A stretch of DNA of 62,934 bases, counting the filler, from Thermodesulfobacteriota bacterium (lineage in GTDB: Bacteria; DASVDK01): NCBI GenBank assembly GCA_036381125.1. It is 4 parts of 4 records of this genome, joined end to end, with 100 filler letters (N's around TTAATTAATTAA, not from the genome) between each part and the next. Parts side by side here need not be neighbours in the genome. Positions count along the whole stretch, not along the records: positions 34,588 to 52,922 come from DASVDK010000170.1; positions 53,023 to 62,934 come from DASVDK010000172.1; 2 more parts are not named here. One strand, written 5' to 3'. The position numbers and the translations under genes were made by a program. The notes beneath the pieces are model-generated. The model saw only the letters and a program-made list of their open reading frames with translations. It made no database searches and was not told the origin of the DNA. Positions 51,688-62,568 of the stretch are shown in pieces. Each line of letters opens with the position of its first letter. The first letter of the stretch is position 1.

Positions 51688-52922
51688 ACGAGGCGCTCAG
51701 GACCCAGGTCGTCTTCGAGGGGCTCGTCGGGCCGATCGGCGCGGCGCTGCTCCTCGCGCTCGCACTCGGGCTGACCGCCTACCAGTACCTCGGCTTCGCG
51801 AGGCAGACCTCGCCGCGCCGGGCCGCCGCGCTCGCGGGCCTGCGGCTCGCAGCGTTCGGCATCGCCATCGCCTTCCTGCTCGGCCCGATCCGCCTCGAGC
51901 AGCGCTACCAGAAGATCCGCCCGACACTCGCCGTCGTCGTCGACGGCTCGGCGTCGATGACGCTGCCGGCCGACCCCCGCGCACCGGGCGAGGGGACGCG
52001 CGCCGAGGTCGCCTCGGCCCTGCTCGCCCGCGAGAACCTCTTCGGCCGGGCCGGGGGCGAGGGCCTCGAAGGGGGCCTCGCGGACGAGTACGTGTTGCGC
52101 TTCTTCGCGGCCGGCGAGCGGGCCGTCGCCGTGAGCCGCCAGGGGGCGGCCGCCGTCGGGACCGGCGGCCGGACCACGGACCTCTTCGGCGCCGTCGCGC
52201 AGGCGGTGCGGGAGAGCGAGGCCGATCCGGTGGCCGGGGTCGTCCTGGTCACCGACGGCGCGGTCAACGCCGGTCCGGCCGACGCCGCCCCCTTCGCCGG
52301 GTTGGGCGTCCCGGTGGCGACGATCGCGTCGGCCAGCCTGGCCGGCTATCGCGACCTGCGCGTCGCCGCGCTCGAGCTGCCCGACCGGGCGTTCGCCGGC
52401 AGTCCCGCCACCATCCGGGCGACGATCCACGGCCGGGGCTTCGCCGGCCGGACGGTGCAGGTGATCCTCCGCGAGGAGGGCCGGGTCCTGGCCACCAGGA
52501 GCGTCCGGCTCGACGGCGAGGACGCCACCGCCGAGGTGCAGTTCACCCACACCTGGCGCGAGATCGGCGCGCAGAGCCTCTCGGTGTCGGTCCCGGTCCT
52601 GGCCGACGAGGCGATCCGGACGAACAACCGCAAGGACGCCAGGCTGGAGGTGGCCCGCGACAAGATCCGCGTGCTCATCGTGTCGGGCTCCCCGTCCTGG
52701 AACTACCGGTTCCTGCGCCAGGCGCTCAAGGGCGATCCGTCGATCGACCTGCTGTCGTTCGTCATCCTCCGGACGCCGTTCGACACGGTCGACGTCCCCG
52801 ACTACCAGCTCTCGCTCATCCCGTTCCCCACGCACCGGCTCTTCAACGACGAGCTGGCCGGGTTCGACCTCGTCATCTTCGACAACTTCCCCTACCGCCT
52901 CTACTTCCCGATGCAGTACCTC
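51684..52922 (+). CDS. vWA plus glutamine-amidotransferase-like membrane protein (3'-truncated)
   Basis: 2 TM helices, DGSASM, LVTDG, VLIVSGSPSWNYRFLRQ, LLSFVILRT, LSLIPFP. Confidence 0.8.
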
Positions 52923-53022
52923 NNNNNNNNNNNNNNNNNNNNNNNNNNNNNNNNNNNNNNNNNNNNTTAATTAATTAANNNNNNNNNNNNNNNNNNNNNN
53001 NNNNNNNNNNNNNNNNNNNNNN
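52923..53022. other. Artificial contig-join spacer
   Basis: N44-TTAATTAATTAA-N44. Confidence 0.97.
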
Positions 53023-53046
53023 GATGGGGGCCGCGCCCGCGCCGCG

Positions 53047-54483
53047 TCAGGCGCGGCCCGCTCCGCGCCGTTCTTCGATGAAGGCGATCGCCTCGCGCAG
53101 CCGCGCGAGCGTCCGCTCGGGGCCGAGCGTCTCGATGACCTCGAAGATGCCCGGGCTGATGGTCGTCCCGGTGAGGGCGACCCGCACCGGCTGCGCCAGC
53201 GCGCCGAGCTTCATCCCCCGGGGGCCGAGCACGGCCTGGAAGGCCTCCTCGACCGCCTGCGCGTCGAAGCGCCCCGCGGCGGCCGTCCACTCGAGGCCCG
53301 CGGTCAGCTCGCCGAGCGGCTCGAGCACCTCCGGCGTGAGGTGCTTCTCGGCGGCCCGCGGCTCGTACTCGATGCGGGTCTTGAAGTAGAAGGCGCCGAA
53401 GTCGGCCATCTCCACGAGGGTCTTCGAGCGCTCCTTGAGCGACTCCACCACGCGCAGGAGCCACGGGTCGACCTCGACCCGGTAGCCGCGGCGCTCGAGG
53501 TGCGGCACCAGGAGCCTCGCGAGCCGCGCGGTGTCGGCCCGCTTCATCCACTGGTGGTTCACCCACAGCAGCTTCTCGGGATTGAACACGGCGGCCGACT
53601 TGCCGACGCCCGAGAAGTCGAAGAGCCGCACCATCTCCTCGAGCGAGAAGATCTCCTGATCGCCGTGGGACCAGCCGAGGCGGACGAGGTAGTTGTCGAG
53701 CGCCTCGGGGAGGTAGCCCATCTCGCGGTACTCGGTGACGGCCGTCGCCCCGTGCCGCTTCGAGAGCTTCTGCCGGTCCGGCCCCATGATCATCGAGACG
53801 TGGCCGAAGCGCGGCAGCGGCAGCCCGAGCGCCTCGTAGATGGCGATCTGCCGCGGCGTGTTGGCCAGGTGATCGTCGCCCCGCACGACGTGCGTGATGC
53901 GCATGTCCGCGTCGTCCACGACGACGGCGAAGTTGTAGGTCGGCCAGCCGTCGCTGCGCAGGATCACGAGGTCGTCGAGCTCCGCGTTCTCGAACGTCAC
54001 CGGCCCCTTGACGAGGTCGTCCACCGTCGTCACGCCGGTCTGCGGCGCCACGAAGCGGACCGCGTGCGGCGCGGCGGGGCGCGAGGTGCGGCCCCGGCAG
54101 GTCCCGGGGTACATCGGCCGCCGGCCCTCGGCCAGCGCCTGCTTGCGGTACGCCTCGAGGGTCTCGGGCGTGCAGGTGCAGTAATAGGCCCGGCCCGCGG
54201 CGAGCAGGCGCTCGACCGCGGCGACGTACAGGTCGCGCCGCTCGGTCTGGTAGTAGGGGCCCTCGTCCCAGTCGAGGCCGCACCACCGCATGCCGTCGAG
54301 GATGGCGTCGATCGCCTCGGGGGTCGACCGCTCGCGGTCGGTGTCCTCGATGCGCAGGATGAACGTGCCGCCGACGTGGCGGGCGTAGAGCCAGTTGAAG
54401 AGCGCCGTGCGGAGCCCGCCGATGTGGAGGTAGCCGGTCGGGCTCGGGGCGAAACGCAGGCGCGCGGGCGACGCGGTGTCCAT
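53047..54483 (-). CDS. gltX: Glutamate--tRNA ligase
   Basis: RFAPSPTGYLHIGG, LRIEDTD, RGDDH, KLSKR, anticodon-binding domain. Confidence 0.97.
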   Translation of the reverse strand: MDTASPARLRFAPSPTGYLHIGGLRTALFNWLYARHVGGTFILRIEDTDRERSTPEAIDAILDGMRWCGLDWDEGPYYQTERRDLYVAAVERLLAAGRAYYCTCTPETLEAYRKQALAEGRRPMYPGTCRGRTSRPAAPHAVRFVAPQTGVTTVDDLVKGPVTFENAELDDLVILRSDGWPTYNFAVVVDDADMRITHVVRGDDHLANTPRQIAIYEALGLPLPRFGHVSMIMGPDRQKLSKRHGATAVTEYREMGYLPEALDNYLVRLGWSHGDQEIFSLEEMVRLFDFSGVGKSAAVFNPEKLLWVNHQWMKRADTARLARLLVPHLERRGYRVEVDPWLLRVVESLKERSKTLVEMADFGAFYFKTRIEYEPRAAEKHLTPEVLEPLGELTAGLEWTAAAGRFDAQAVEEAFQAVLGPRGMKLGALAQPVRVALTGTTISPGIFEVIETLGPERTLARLREAIAFIEERRGAGRA

Positions 54484-54644
54484 GCGGGGCGCGAGTCCTC
54501 CGTGTTCGGGGTGCGACGACTGCGAGTGTACCACCCGCACCGCCGGTGCCGCCGTCGGCGGCCGGATCGCTCGCGACGGCCTAAGGCCTCTCTGGGCAAG
54601 GCCTTTCGACAGCGGGGCGGCGGTCTCGGGAGGCCGGTACCCCC

Positions 54645-54674
54645 TTGACAAGGGAGGTAGCCTCTATGTACCGT
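54645..54674 (+). promoter_or_regulatory. Sigma70 promoter of the yceD-rpmF-plsX-fabH operon
   Basis: TTGACA-18 nt-TACCGT. Confidence 0.55.
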
Positions 54675-54714
54675 TCACCATTCGCGGGCCGGGGGGCCCA
54701 AAGGCACACCGATC

Positions 54715-55305
54715 ATGAAGCTCAGGATCGACGAGGTTCCGACCACCGGGGTGCGCCTCCGGTGGGACGAGCCCGCCGAGTCGCTCGCCGTGCGGTTCGC
54801 GAGCGAGCGAGGAGGGGGCGCGGGCGCCCCGGTCGATGCCTCCGCCCTGGAGCCGATTCGTGTCGACCTGGAGGTGGCTCGCGTCGAGCGGACGCTCGCC
54901 GTCATGGGCCGGGTCGAGACGACGGTGGGGCTCGAATGCGCCCGGTGCCTCGCCCCGGTACAGGCTCGGATGGCGCTGCCCACGGCGCTGCTGTTCGTGC
55001 CGGCCACGCCCGGCGCGGCGGCGCACGAGGACACGCCCGACGACCTCGATCTCTCCGACCTGCCGTTCGAGTTGCCGGCGGAGGGGCTCGAGGTCCTCGA
55101 CTACAGCGGATCGGAGGTCGATCTCGGACAGGCGGCCGTGGACCAGGTGGTGCTGGCCATGCCGCTCGCCCCGCTCTGCCAGGAGAGCTGCCGAGGGCTC
55201 TGCCCGCACTGCGGGCAGGACCTCAACGTCGCCGGCTGTGGCTGCGCGGATGACCCGGTCGACCCCCGTTTCGCGGTGCTGAAGAACCTGAAACTGAGCC
55301 GATAG
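54715..55305 (+). CDS. yceD: YceD/DUF177 protein
   Basis: CARCL, LCQESCRGLCPHCGQDLN, DPRFAVLK; upstream of rpmF. Confidence 0.92.
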   Translation: MKLRIDEVPTTGVRLRWDEPAESLAVRFASERGGGAGAPVDASALEPIRVDLEVARVERTLAVMGRVETTVGLECARCLAPVQARMALPTALLFVPATPGAAAHEDTPDDLDLSDLPFELPAEGLEVLDYSGSEVDLGQAAVDQVVLAMPLAPLCQESCRGLCPHCGQDLNVAGCGCADDPVDPRFAVLKNLKLSR

Positions 55306-55359
55306 AGCCGAGGCCGGGTCGCCTGCCTCCGCCGTCGGCGCCCGGAGACGACGCCGCCC

Positions 55360-55542
55360 ATGGCCAACCCCAAGAAGAAGCGCTCGCCGTCCAAGCAGGG
55401 CCGGATCCGCGCGCACAAGAAGCTTGCCGCACCCAACGCGAGCCGCTGCCCGCAGTGCCAGGAGCCGCGCATGCCGCACCGCGTCTGCCCGAGCTGCGGG
55501 ACGTACAAGGGGGTGGAGTACATCGCCCCGGCCGAGGCCTGA
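55360..55542 (+). CDS. rpmF: 50S ribosomal protein L32 (zinc-binding type)
   Basis: [13 protein letters not shown]...[13 protein letters not shown]. Confidence 0.96.
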   Translation: MANPKKKRSPSKQGRIRAHKKLAAPNASRCPQCQEPRMPHRVCPSCGTYKGVEYIAPAEA

Positions 55543-55604
55543 GCCTCTTGGACGCCGACGCGTCCCGTCCGTACGACCCCGATCCCGAGAGACGCCCTCC
55601 CGCC

Positions 55605-56663
55605 GTGACCGCCACGGCTCTACCGGTCGCACTCGACGCGATGGGCGGCGACCATGCGCCCGCGGTCGTGGTGCAGGGGGCCGTCGAGGCGGCGCGCGCC
55701 TTCGGCCAGCCGGTCCTGCTCGTCGGCGACCGCGCTCGCGTCGAGGCCGAGCTCGCGCGCCTCGGGGTGACGCCCGGGAGCCTGCCGATCACGGTCCGCC
55801 ACGCGTCGGAGGTGGTCGCGATGGACGAGTCTCCGGCCGCGGTCCTCAGGCGGAAGAAGGACAGCTCCATTCGCGTCTGCTTCGACCTCGTGAAGGGGGG
55901 CGAGGCGGCTGCCGCCGTCTCGGCCGGCAACTCCGGCGCCATGATGGCGCTCGGCGCCCTGGTGCTCGGGCGCATCGAGGGGGTCGATCGCGCCGCCATC
56001 GCCACGCTGCTGCCGACGCCCCGGGGGCGGACGGTGCTGCTCGACGCCGGCGCCAACGTCGACTGCAAGCCGCAGCACCTCGTCCAGTTCGCCGTGATGG
56101 GGGAGATCTACGCGCGCCGGGTGCTCGGCATCCGGGAGCCGACGGTCGGGCTGCTCACGAACGGGACGGAGGACGCCAAGGGGAACGACACCACGCGCGA
56201 GGCGCTCGCCCTCATTCGCGGCCTCGGCCTCGCGCGGTTCCTCGGCAACGTGGAGGGTCGCGACATCTACAACGGCACCTGCGACGTCGTCGTCTGCGAC
56301 GGCTTCGTCGGCAACGTGGCGCTCAAGACGAGCGAGGGGCTCGCCGACGCCATCCGGGCGATGATGCGCGAGGAGGTCGAGCGGTCGTTGCCGGCGAAGC
56401 TCGGCTACCTCCTGATGCGGCCCGCCTTCAAGGCGTTCGAGCGGCGCGTCGACTACGCCGAGGTCGGCGGCGCGCCGCTGCTCGGCCTCGACGGCGTCGG
56501 CATCGTGAGCCACGGCGGCTCGAGCGCCCGTGCGATCAGGAACGCGATCCGCGTCGCCGCCGCCTTCGCCCAGTCGGGCGTGAACCGCGCCATCCGCGAC
56601 GACCTCGCGCGCCGGGCCGCGCCGGTAGCGCCGGGGTCCCACCCGGCCGTGGAAGTCCAGTAG
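55605..56663 (+). CDS. plsX: Phosphate acyltransferase PlsX
   Basis: DAMGGDHAP, SAGNSGA, LDAGAN, CDGFVGNVALK, SHGGS. Confidence 0.96.
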   Translation: MTATALPVALDAMGGDHAPAVVVQGAVEAARAFGQPVLLVGDRARVEAELARLGVTPGSLPITVRHASEVVAMDESPAAVLRRKKDSSIRVCFDLVKGGEAAAAVSAGNSGAMMALGALVLGRIEGVDRAAIATLLPTPRGRTVLLDAGANVDCKPQHLVQFAVMGEIYARRVLGIREPTVGLLTNGTEDAKGNDTTREALALIRGLGLARFLGNVEGRDIYNGTCDVVVCDGFVGNVALKTSEGLADAIRAMMREEVERSLPAKLGYLLMRPAFKAFERRVDYAEVGGAPLLGLDGVGIVSHGGSSARAIRNAIRVAAAFAQSGVNRAIRDDLARRAAPVAPGSHPAVEVQ

Positions 56664-56676
56664 GAGGCGCGCACAC

Positions 56677-57675
56677 ATGCCGCCCACCGACCTCCCCCTG
56701 CGCAGCGTGATCGTCGGGACGGGGTCCGCCGCGCCCGAGCGGGTCCTCACCAACGCGGACCTCGAGAAGATGGTCAACACGTCCGACGAGTGGATCGTCA
56801 CCCGGACGGGCATCCGCGAGCGGCGCATCGCGGCGCCGACCGAGGCCACCTCGGACCTCGCCGTGGCCGCCGCGCGGCCGGCGCTCGCCATGGCCGGCAT
56901 CGACCCGAAGGACGTCGAGCTGATCGTCGTGGCGACCGCGACGCCGGACATGCTGTTCCCCGCGACCGCCTGCGTCGTCCAGGCGAAGCTCGGCGCCGCC
57001 CGCGCCGCCGCCTTCGACATCCTCGCCGCCTGCTCCGGCTACCTCTACGCCCTCAAGGTCGTGGACGGGCTCCTGCGGACCGGCGTCTACCGGAACGCGC
57101 TCGTCATCGGGGCCGAGACCCTCTCGAAGGTGCTCGACTTCACCGACCGGAACACCTGCGTGATCTTCGGCGACGGCGCCGGCGCGTCGGTCCTCGTGCC
57201 GAAGGCGGGGGACCGGGGCGTGCTCTCGACCCACGTCTACGCGGACGGCACCGGGGGCGAGCTGATCCAGATCCCCGCCGGCGGGTCGCGCCAGCCGGCC
57301 TCGGCCGAGTCGGTGGCCCGGCGCGCCCACTACATCAAGATGCGGGGGAACGAGACCTACAAGATCGCCGTGCGCCGGATGGAGGAGGTCGTGCTCGAGT
57401 GCCTCGAGGCCAACCGCGTCCGCCCCGGCGACATCGACGTGGTGGTCCCCCACCAGGCCAACCTGCGCATCATCGAGGCGGTCGTCTCGCGCCTCGGCGT
57501 CTCCATGGAGAAGGTCGTCCTCACCATCGAGAAGTACGGCAACACGTCCGCCGCGTGTATCCCCATGGCGCTCGACATCGCGGTGCGCCGGGGCCGCGTG
57601 AAGTCGGGCGACCTCGTCCTCATGGTCGCCTTCGGTGGCGGGCTCACCTGGGGTGCCGGGCTCATCCGTTGGTGA
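56677..57675 (+). CDS. fabH: Beta-ketoacyl-ACP synthase III
   Basis: AACSG, FGDGAGA, PHQAN, GNTSAA, FGGGLTWG. Confidence 0.97.
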   Translation: MPPTDLPLRSVIVGTGSAAPERVLTNADLEKMVNTSDEWIVTRTGIRERRIAAPTEATSDLAVAAARPALAMAGIDPKDVELIVVATATPDMLFPATACVVQAKLGAARAAAFDILAACSGYLYALKVVDGLLRTGVYRNALVIGAETLSKVLDFTDRNTCVIFGDGAGASVLVPKAGDRGVLSTHVYADGTGGELIQIPAGGSRQPASAESVARRAHYIKMRGNETYKIAVRRMEEVVLECLEANRVRPGDIDVVVPHQANLRIIEAVVSRLGVSMEKVVLTIEKYGNTSAACIPMALDIAVRRGRVKSGDLVLMVAFGGGLTWGAGLIRW

Positions 57676-57773
57676 TCCTCCCCCGCAACGACGCGTTCCC
57701 GTGCACGCGGCCGGCAGGTCGCCGCGTGCGTCGGCGGCACGGAGCGTCGACCGTTCGCCGCGCCGGGGGCCCC

Positions 57774-57889
57774 CCGCTGGCACGTCCGCGGGAATGCGCC
57801 CCGCGCAAGCGGGGCCCGGGCGAAGCCCGGCGCGCCGTGGCGCCGGTCCGTGGGCGGCACGCCGGCCCAGGGGCCGATGCCCGCCCGCC
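57774..57889 (+). repeat. Dispersed hairpin repeat, copy 2 (fabH-fabD intergenic region)
   Basis: Matches the reverse complement of 31975-32093. Confidence 0.8.
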
Positions 57890-57977
57890 GAGCGGGGGCG
57901 GCGCGGCGTGCGGCCTCGACGTCGAGACCGCCAGACCCTGCTTGACAAGGGACCCGCGTCGTGTACGTTAGCAGGCC

Positions 57978-58940
57978 ATGACCGCGCCAGGCCTCTCGCG
58001 CGAACGCGCCAACCCCGCGCTGGCGTTCGTGTTCCCGGGGCAGGGCTCGCAGAAGGCCGGCATGGGTCGAGCCCTCGCCGATCGCTTCGCGGCGGCCCGG
58101 GACACCTTCGCCGAGGCGGACGACGCCCTCGGCTTCGCGCTCTCGCGCCTCTGCTTCGACGGGCCCGAGGAGAGCCTGCGGCTGACCGAGCACACGCAAC
58201 CCGCCATCCTGACCGCGAGCATCGCCGCGCACCGGGTCCTCGTCGCGGAGACGGGGCTTCGGCCTGGCGCCCTCGCCGGCCACAGCCTGGGCGAGTGGAG
58301 CGCGCTCGTCGCCGCGGGGGCCCTCCCGTTCGCCGACGCGGTCCGCCTTGTCCGCACCCGGGGTCGCCTCATGCAGGAGGCGGTTCCGGTCGGGACGGGG
58401 GCGATGTCGGCCGTGATCGGTCTCGATGGGCCCGAGGTCGAGGCCGCCTGCCGCGAGGCCGCGCAGGGAGAGGTCGTCGAGCCGGCCAACTTCAACGCGC
58501 CCGGCCAGGTGGTGATCGCCGGTCACGCGGGCGCGGTCGCGCGGGCCGGCGAAGCGGCCAAGGCCCGCGGCGCCAGGCGGGTGCTCCCTCTGCCGGTCTC
58601 GGCGCCCTTCCACTGCTCGCTCATGCGGCCGGCGGGCGAGGCGCTCGCCCGGGCGCTCGAGGATGTCACGGTGCGGCCGCTCGAGGTCCCCGTGTACTCC
58701 AACGTGGAAGCGGCGCCGTACCCGGGCGAGTCGTCGGTGAAGGACCTGCTCGTGCGGCAGGTCTCGAGCCCGGTGCGCTGGGACGCCGTCGTGCGGGCGA
58801 TGAGCGCGGCCGGGGTGACGACGGTCGTCGAGGTCGGGCCGGGGGAGGTGCTCGTGGGGCTCGTCAGGCGGATCGACAAGGGGCTCGAGACGCGGCACTT
58901 CGACTCGCCCGACGAGCTGGCCGCGGTGGCGGAGCGTTGA
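57978..58940 (+). CDS. fabD: Malonyl-CoA:ACP transacylase
   Basis: FPGQGSQ, TQPA, GHSLGE, SAPFHC, EVGPG; internal promoter TTGACA(57942)-16 nt-TACGTT. Confidence 0.97.
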   Translation: MTAPGLSRERANPALAFVFPGQGSQKAGMGRALADRFAAARDTFAEADDALGFALSRLCFDGPEESLRLTEHTQPAILTASIAAHRVLVAETGLRPGALAGHSLGEWSALVAAGALPFADAVRLVRTRGRLMQEAVPVGTGAMSAVIGLDGPEVEAACREAAQGEVVEPANFNAPGQVVIAGHAGAVARAGEAAKARGARRVLPLPVSAPFHCSLMRPAGEALARALEDVTVRPLEVPVYSNVEAAPYPGESSVKDLLVRQVSSPVRWDAVVRAMSAAGVTTVVEVGPGEVLVGLVRRIDKGLETRHFDSPDELAAVAER

Positions 58941-58942
58941 CG

Positions 58943-59683
58943 ATGGCGCCGCTCGCGTCGCTGCGGGTGCTGGTGACCGGCGGATCGCGCGGCATCGGGC
59001 GCGCGGTGGCCGAGAGGCTCGCGAGGGACGGCGCACGCGTCGCCGTGGCCGCCCGAACCGTGGAGGCGGCCGCGCAGACCTGCGACGCCATCCGGGCGGC
59101 GGGCGGCGAGGCGCACCCTCTCGCGGCCGACCTGTCGGTCTTCGCCCAGGCCGAGGGGCTCGTCGCGGAGGCCCAGTCGGCGCTGGGGGGGCTCGACGTC
59201 CTCGTCAACAACGCCGGCCTCACGAAGGACGGCCTCGTGCTCCGGATGAGCGAGGCCGACTGGGACGCGGTCCTCGACGCCAATCTGAAGGGGGCCTTCG
59301 CCTGCGCGAAGGCGGCGATCAGGGCCATGCTGAAGACCGGCGGTCGGATCATCAACGTCAGCTCGGTCGTGGCCGCGATGGGCAACCCGGGCCAGGCGAA
59401 CTACGTGGCCTCCAAGGCGGGGTTGATCGGTCTCACGAAGGCCCTCGCCCGCGAGTACGCCGGCCGCGGCATCCTCGTCAACGCGGTCGCGCCCGGGTTC
59501 ATCGAGACCGACATGACGAGGGTGCTGGCGGACAAGGTCAAGGACGAGCTGCTCCGTCAGGTGCCGCTCGGTCGCTTCGGGCAACCGGACGAGGTCGCGG
59601 GCGTCGTGGCCTTCCTCGCCGGCCCCGACGCGGCGTACGTTACGGGTCAGGTCATACACGTCAACGGCGGGCTCTACATGTAG
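58943..59683 (+). CDS. fabG: 3-oxoacyl-ACP reductase
   Basis: [27 protein letters not shown]. Confidence 0.96.
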   Translation: MAPLASLRVLVTGGSRGIGRAVAERLARDGARVAVAARTVEAAAQTCDAIRAAGGEAHPLAADLSVFAQAEGLVAEAQSALGGLDVLVNNAGLTKDGLVLRMSEADWDAVLDANLKGAFACAKAAIRAMLKTGGRIINVSSVVAAMGNPGQANYVASKAGLIGLTKALAREYAGRGILVNAVAPGFIETDMTRVLADKVKDELLRQVPLGRFGQPDEVAGVVAFLAGPDAAYVTGQVIHVNGGLYM

Positions 59684-59727
59684 GTGCCGCCGGCACGGCG
59701 GGTTACGCGAAGGAGGACAGTCAGGTC

Positions 59728-59967
<240 letters not shown>

Positions 59968-59998
59968 GCGCGAGCCGCTCTCGCGCCGGGAGCCCCGT

Positions 59999-61261
59999 AT
60001 GTCTCGGGAACGCCACGGGTCCGTACCTGGACGTCGCGTCGTCGTCACCGGCCTCGGCCTGGTCACCCCGCTCGGCACGGGGGTGAAGAAGACCTGGGAG
60101 GCGCTCGTCGACGGTCGGTCGGGCATCGGCCCCATCACGAAGTTCGACGCCTCGGGCTTCGACGTGAGGTTCGCGGGCGAGGTGAAGGACTTCGATCCGG
60201 ACGCGTACCTGGACAAGAAGGAAGCCAGGAAGATGGACACCTTCATCCAGTACGCCATCGCGGCCGCCCAGATGGCCGTGGACGACTCGGGGCTCACCAT
60301 CGACGAGTCCAACGCGGAGCGAGTCGGCGTCATCGTCGGCGCCGGCCTGGGCGGGCTGCCCGGCATCGAGAAGACGCACGAGACGCTCATGGAGCGGGGG
60401 CCCGGCCGCATCTCGCCGTACTTCATCGTGCAGGTCATCTCGAACCTCGCCCCGGGCCAGATCTCCATGCGCTTCGGCGCCAAGGGGCCGAACGTGTCCT
60501 CCGTCTCCGCCTGCGCCACCGGCAACCACTCGATCGGCGACGCGGCGGAGTGGATCCGGCGCGGCGCGGCCGACGTGATGATCGCGGGCGGCACCGAGGC
60601 CACGATCTCGCCCCTCTGCATCGGCGGCTTCGCCGCCATGAAGGCGCTCTCCACGCGCAACGACGCGCCGGAGAAGGCGTCGCGGCCCTTCGACGCCGAG
60701 CGGGACGGCTTCGTCTGCGGCGAGGGGGCGGGGATCCTGATCCTCGAGGAGTACGAGCACGCCCGCAAGCGGGGGGCACGCATCTACGCGGAGCTTGCCG
60801 GCTACGGCGCCTCGGCCGCCGCGCACCCCCTCACCAACCCCTCGCCCGGCGGCGAGGGGCCGGCCCGCGCCATGCGCATGGCGCTCCAGATGGCGCAGAT
60901 CAACCCGGACGAGGTGGACCACATCAACGCCCACGCTACCTCGACGCCGGCCGGCGACATCGCCGAGACGCTCGCCTTCAAGCGCGCGTTCGGCGACCAC
61001 GCGAAGAAGATCCCCATTTCGGCCACCAAGTCGATGACGGGGCACCTGCTCGGGGGCGCCGGCGGGGCCGAGGCGGTCTTCACGGTGCTCGCGATCTACC
61101 ACAACGTCGTGCCGCCGACGATCAACCTCGAGAAGCCCGATCCGGAGTGCGACCTCGATTACGTGCCGAACGAGGCCAGGCCGGTGAAGGTCGACGTGGC
61201 GCTCTCCAACGGCTTCGGGTTCGGCGGGACGAACTCGACCCTCGCGTTCCGGCGGGTGTGA
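59999..61261 (+). CDS. fabF: Beta-ketoacyl-ACP synthase II
   Basis: [32 protein letters not shown]. Confidence 0.97.
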   Translation: MSRERHGSVPGRRVVVTGLGLVTPLGTGVKKTWEALVDGRSGIGPITKFDASGFDVRFAGEVKDFDPDAYLDKKEARKMDTFIQYAIAAAQMAVDDSGLTIDESNAERVGVIVGAGLGGLPGIEKTHETLMERGPGRISPYFIVQVISNLAPGQISMRFGAKGPNVSSVSACATGNHSIGDAAEWIRRGAADVMIAGGTEATISPLCIGGFAAMKALSTRNDAPEKASRPFDAERDGFVCGEGAGILILEEYEHARKRGARIYAELAGYGASAAAHPLTNPSPGGEGPARAMRMALQMAQINPDEVDHINAHATSTPAGDIAETLAFKRAFGDHAKKIPISATKSMTGHLLGGAGGAEAVFTVLAIYHNVVPPTINLEKPDPECDLDYVPNEARPVKVDVALSNGFGFGGTNSTLAFRRV

Positions 61262-62535
61262 TGCGCACCGACCGGGCGGGCGCCCCGCTGCGAGAGGTCG
61301 ATCCCGAGATCGCCGACGTCATCCGCCGCGAGACGGTGCGGCAGGGCGATCACCTCGAGCTCATCGCCTCGGAGAACTTCGTGAGCGAGGCGGTGCTCGA
61401 GGCGGCGGGCAGCCCCCTCACCAACAAGTAAGCCGAGGGCTACCCCGGCAAGCGGTACTACGGCGGCTGCGAGGTCATCGACGAGGCGGAGACGCTCGCC
61501 ATCCAGCGCGCCTGCCGCCTCTTCGGCGCCGAGGCGGCCAACGTGCAGCCGCACTCGGGCGCGCAGGCGAACATGGCCGTCTACCTTGCCGCGCTGAAGC
61601 CGGGCGACACGGTGCTCGGCATGAACCTCTCGATGGGCGGCCACCTCACGCACGGCAGCCCGGTGAACTTCTCCGGCATCCTCTACAAGATCGTCCCGTA
61701 CGGGGTGCGCGAGTCCGACCACCGGATCGACATGGAGCAGGTGGCCGACTTGGCCCGCCGGCACCGCCCGAAGATGATCATCGCCGGCGCGTCGGCCTAC
61801 CCGCGCGCCATCGACTACCGCCCGTTCCGCGAGATCGCCGACGAGGTCGGCGCCGTCCTGATGGCCGATATCGCGCATCCGGCCGGCCTGGTGGCGACCG
61901 GCTTCCACCCGAACCCCGTCGGCGTGTGCGACTATGTCACGACGACGACGCACAAGACGCTCCGCGGCCCGCGGGGAGGGATGGTGCTCGGCTCGGCCGA
62001 GCGGATCGCCGCCGTCAACAAGGCGATCTTCCCGGGCATCCAGGGCGGGCCGCTCATGCACGTGATCGCCGCCAAGGCCGTGGCCTTCAAGGAGGCGCTC
62101 GAGCCGGCGTTCGCGAGCTACATCGCGCAGGTCGTCAAGAACGCCGCGCGGCTGGCCGCCGAGCTGTCGGCGAAGGGGTGGAAGCTCGTCTCGGGCGGCA
62201 CCGACACGCACCTTTTGCTCGTCGACCTCCGGACGACCGACATCACCGGCAAGCAGGCCGAGGCGGCGCTCGATCGGGCCGGGATCACGGTGAACAAGAA
62301 CACGGTCCCCTTCGAGACCCGCAGCCCCTTCGTCACCAGCGGCATCCGGATCGGGACGCCGGCCGTGACGACCCGCGGGATGGGCGAGGCGGAGATGGTC
62401 GCCATCGCCGGCTTCATCCACGAGGCGCTCCAGGCCGTGGACGACGAGGCCCGCCTCGCGCGCGTGCGGCGCGACGTGGAGGCGCTCTGCGCCAGGTTTC
62501 CCCTGTACCCCGCCCGGGTGGCGCGCGGGGCGTGA
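61261..62535 (+). CDS. glyA: Serine hydroxymethyltransferase with an in-frame TAA at 61429-61431 (sequencing error or pseudogene)
   Basis: [41 protein letters not shown]; the frame is intact on both sides of the stop. Confidence 0.93.
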
Positions 62536-62568
62536 CCGTGGTGCGGGCGGGCCGCGCGGGGTAGCGAC

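Noticed and set aside
61429-61431. Stop-codon reassignment or readthrough in glyA
   Set aside because: A single occurrence; TAA is used as a true stop elsewhere, and nearby fabF shows signs of consensus errors
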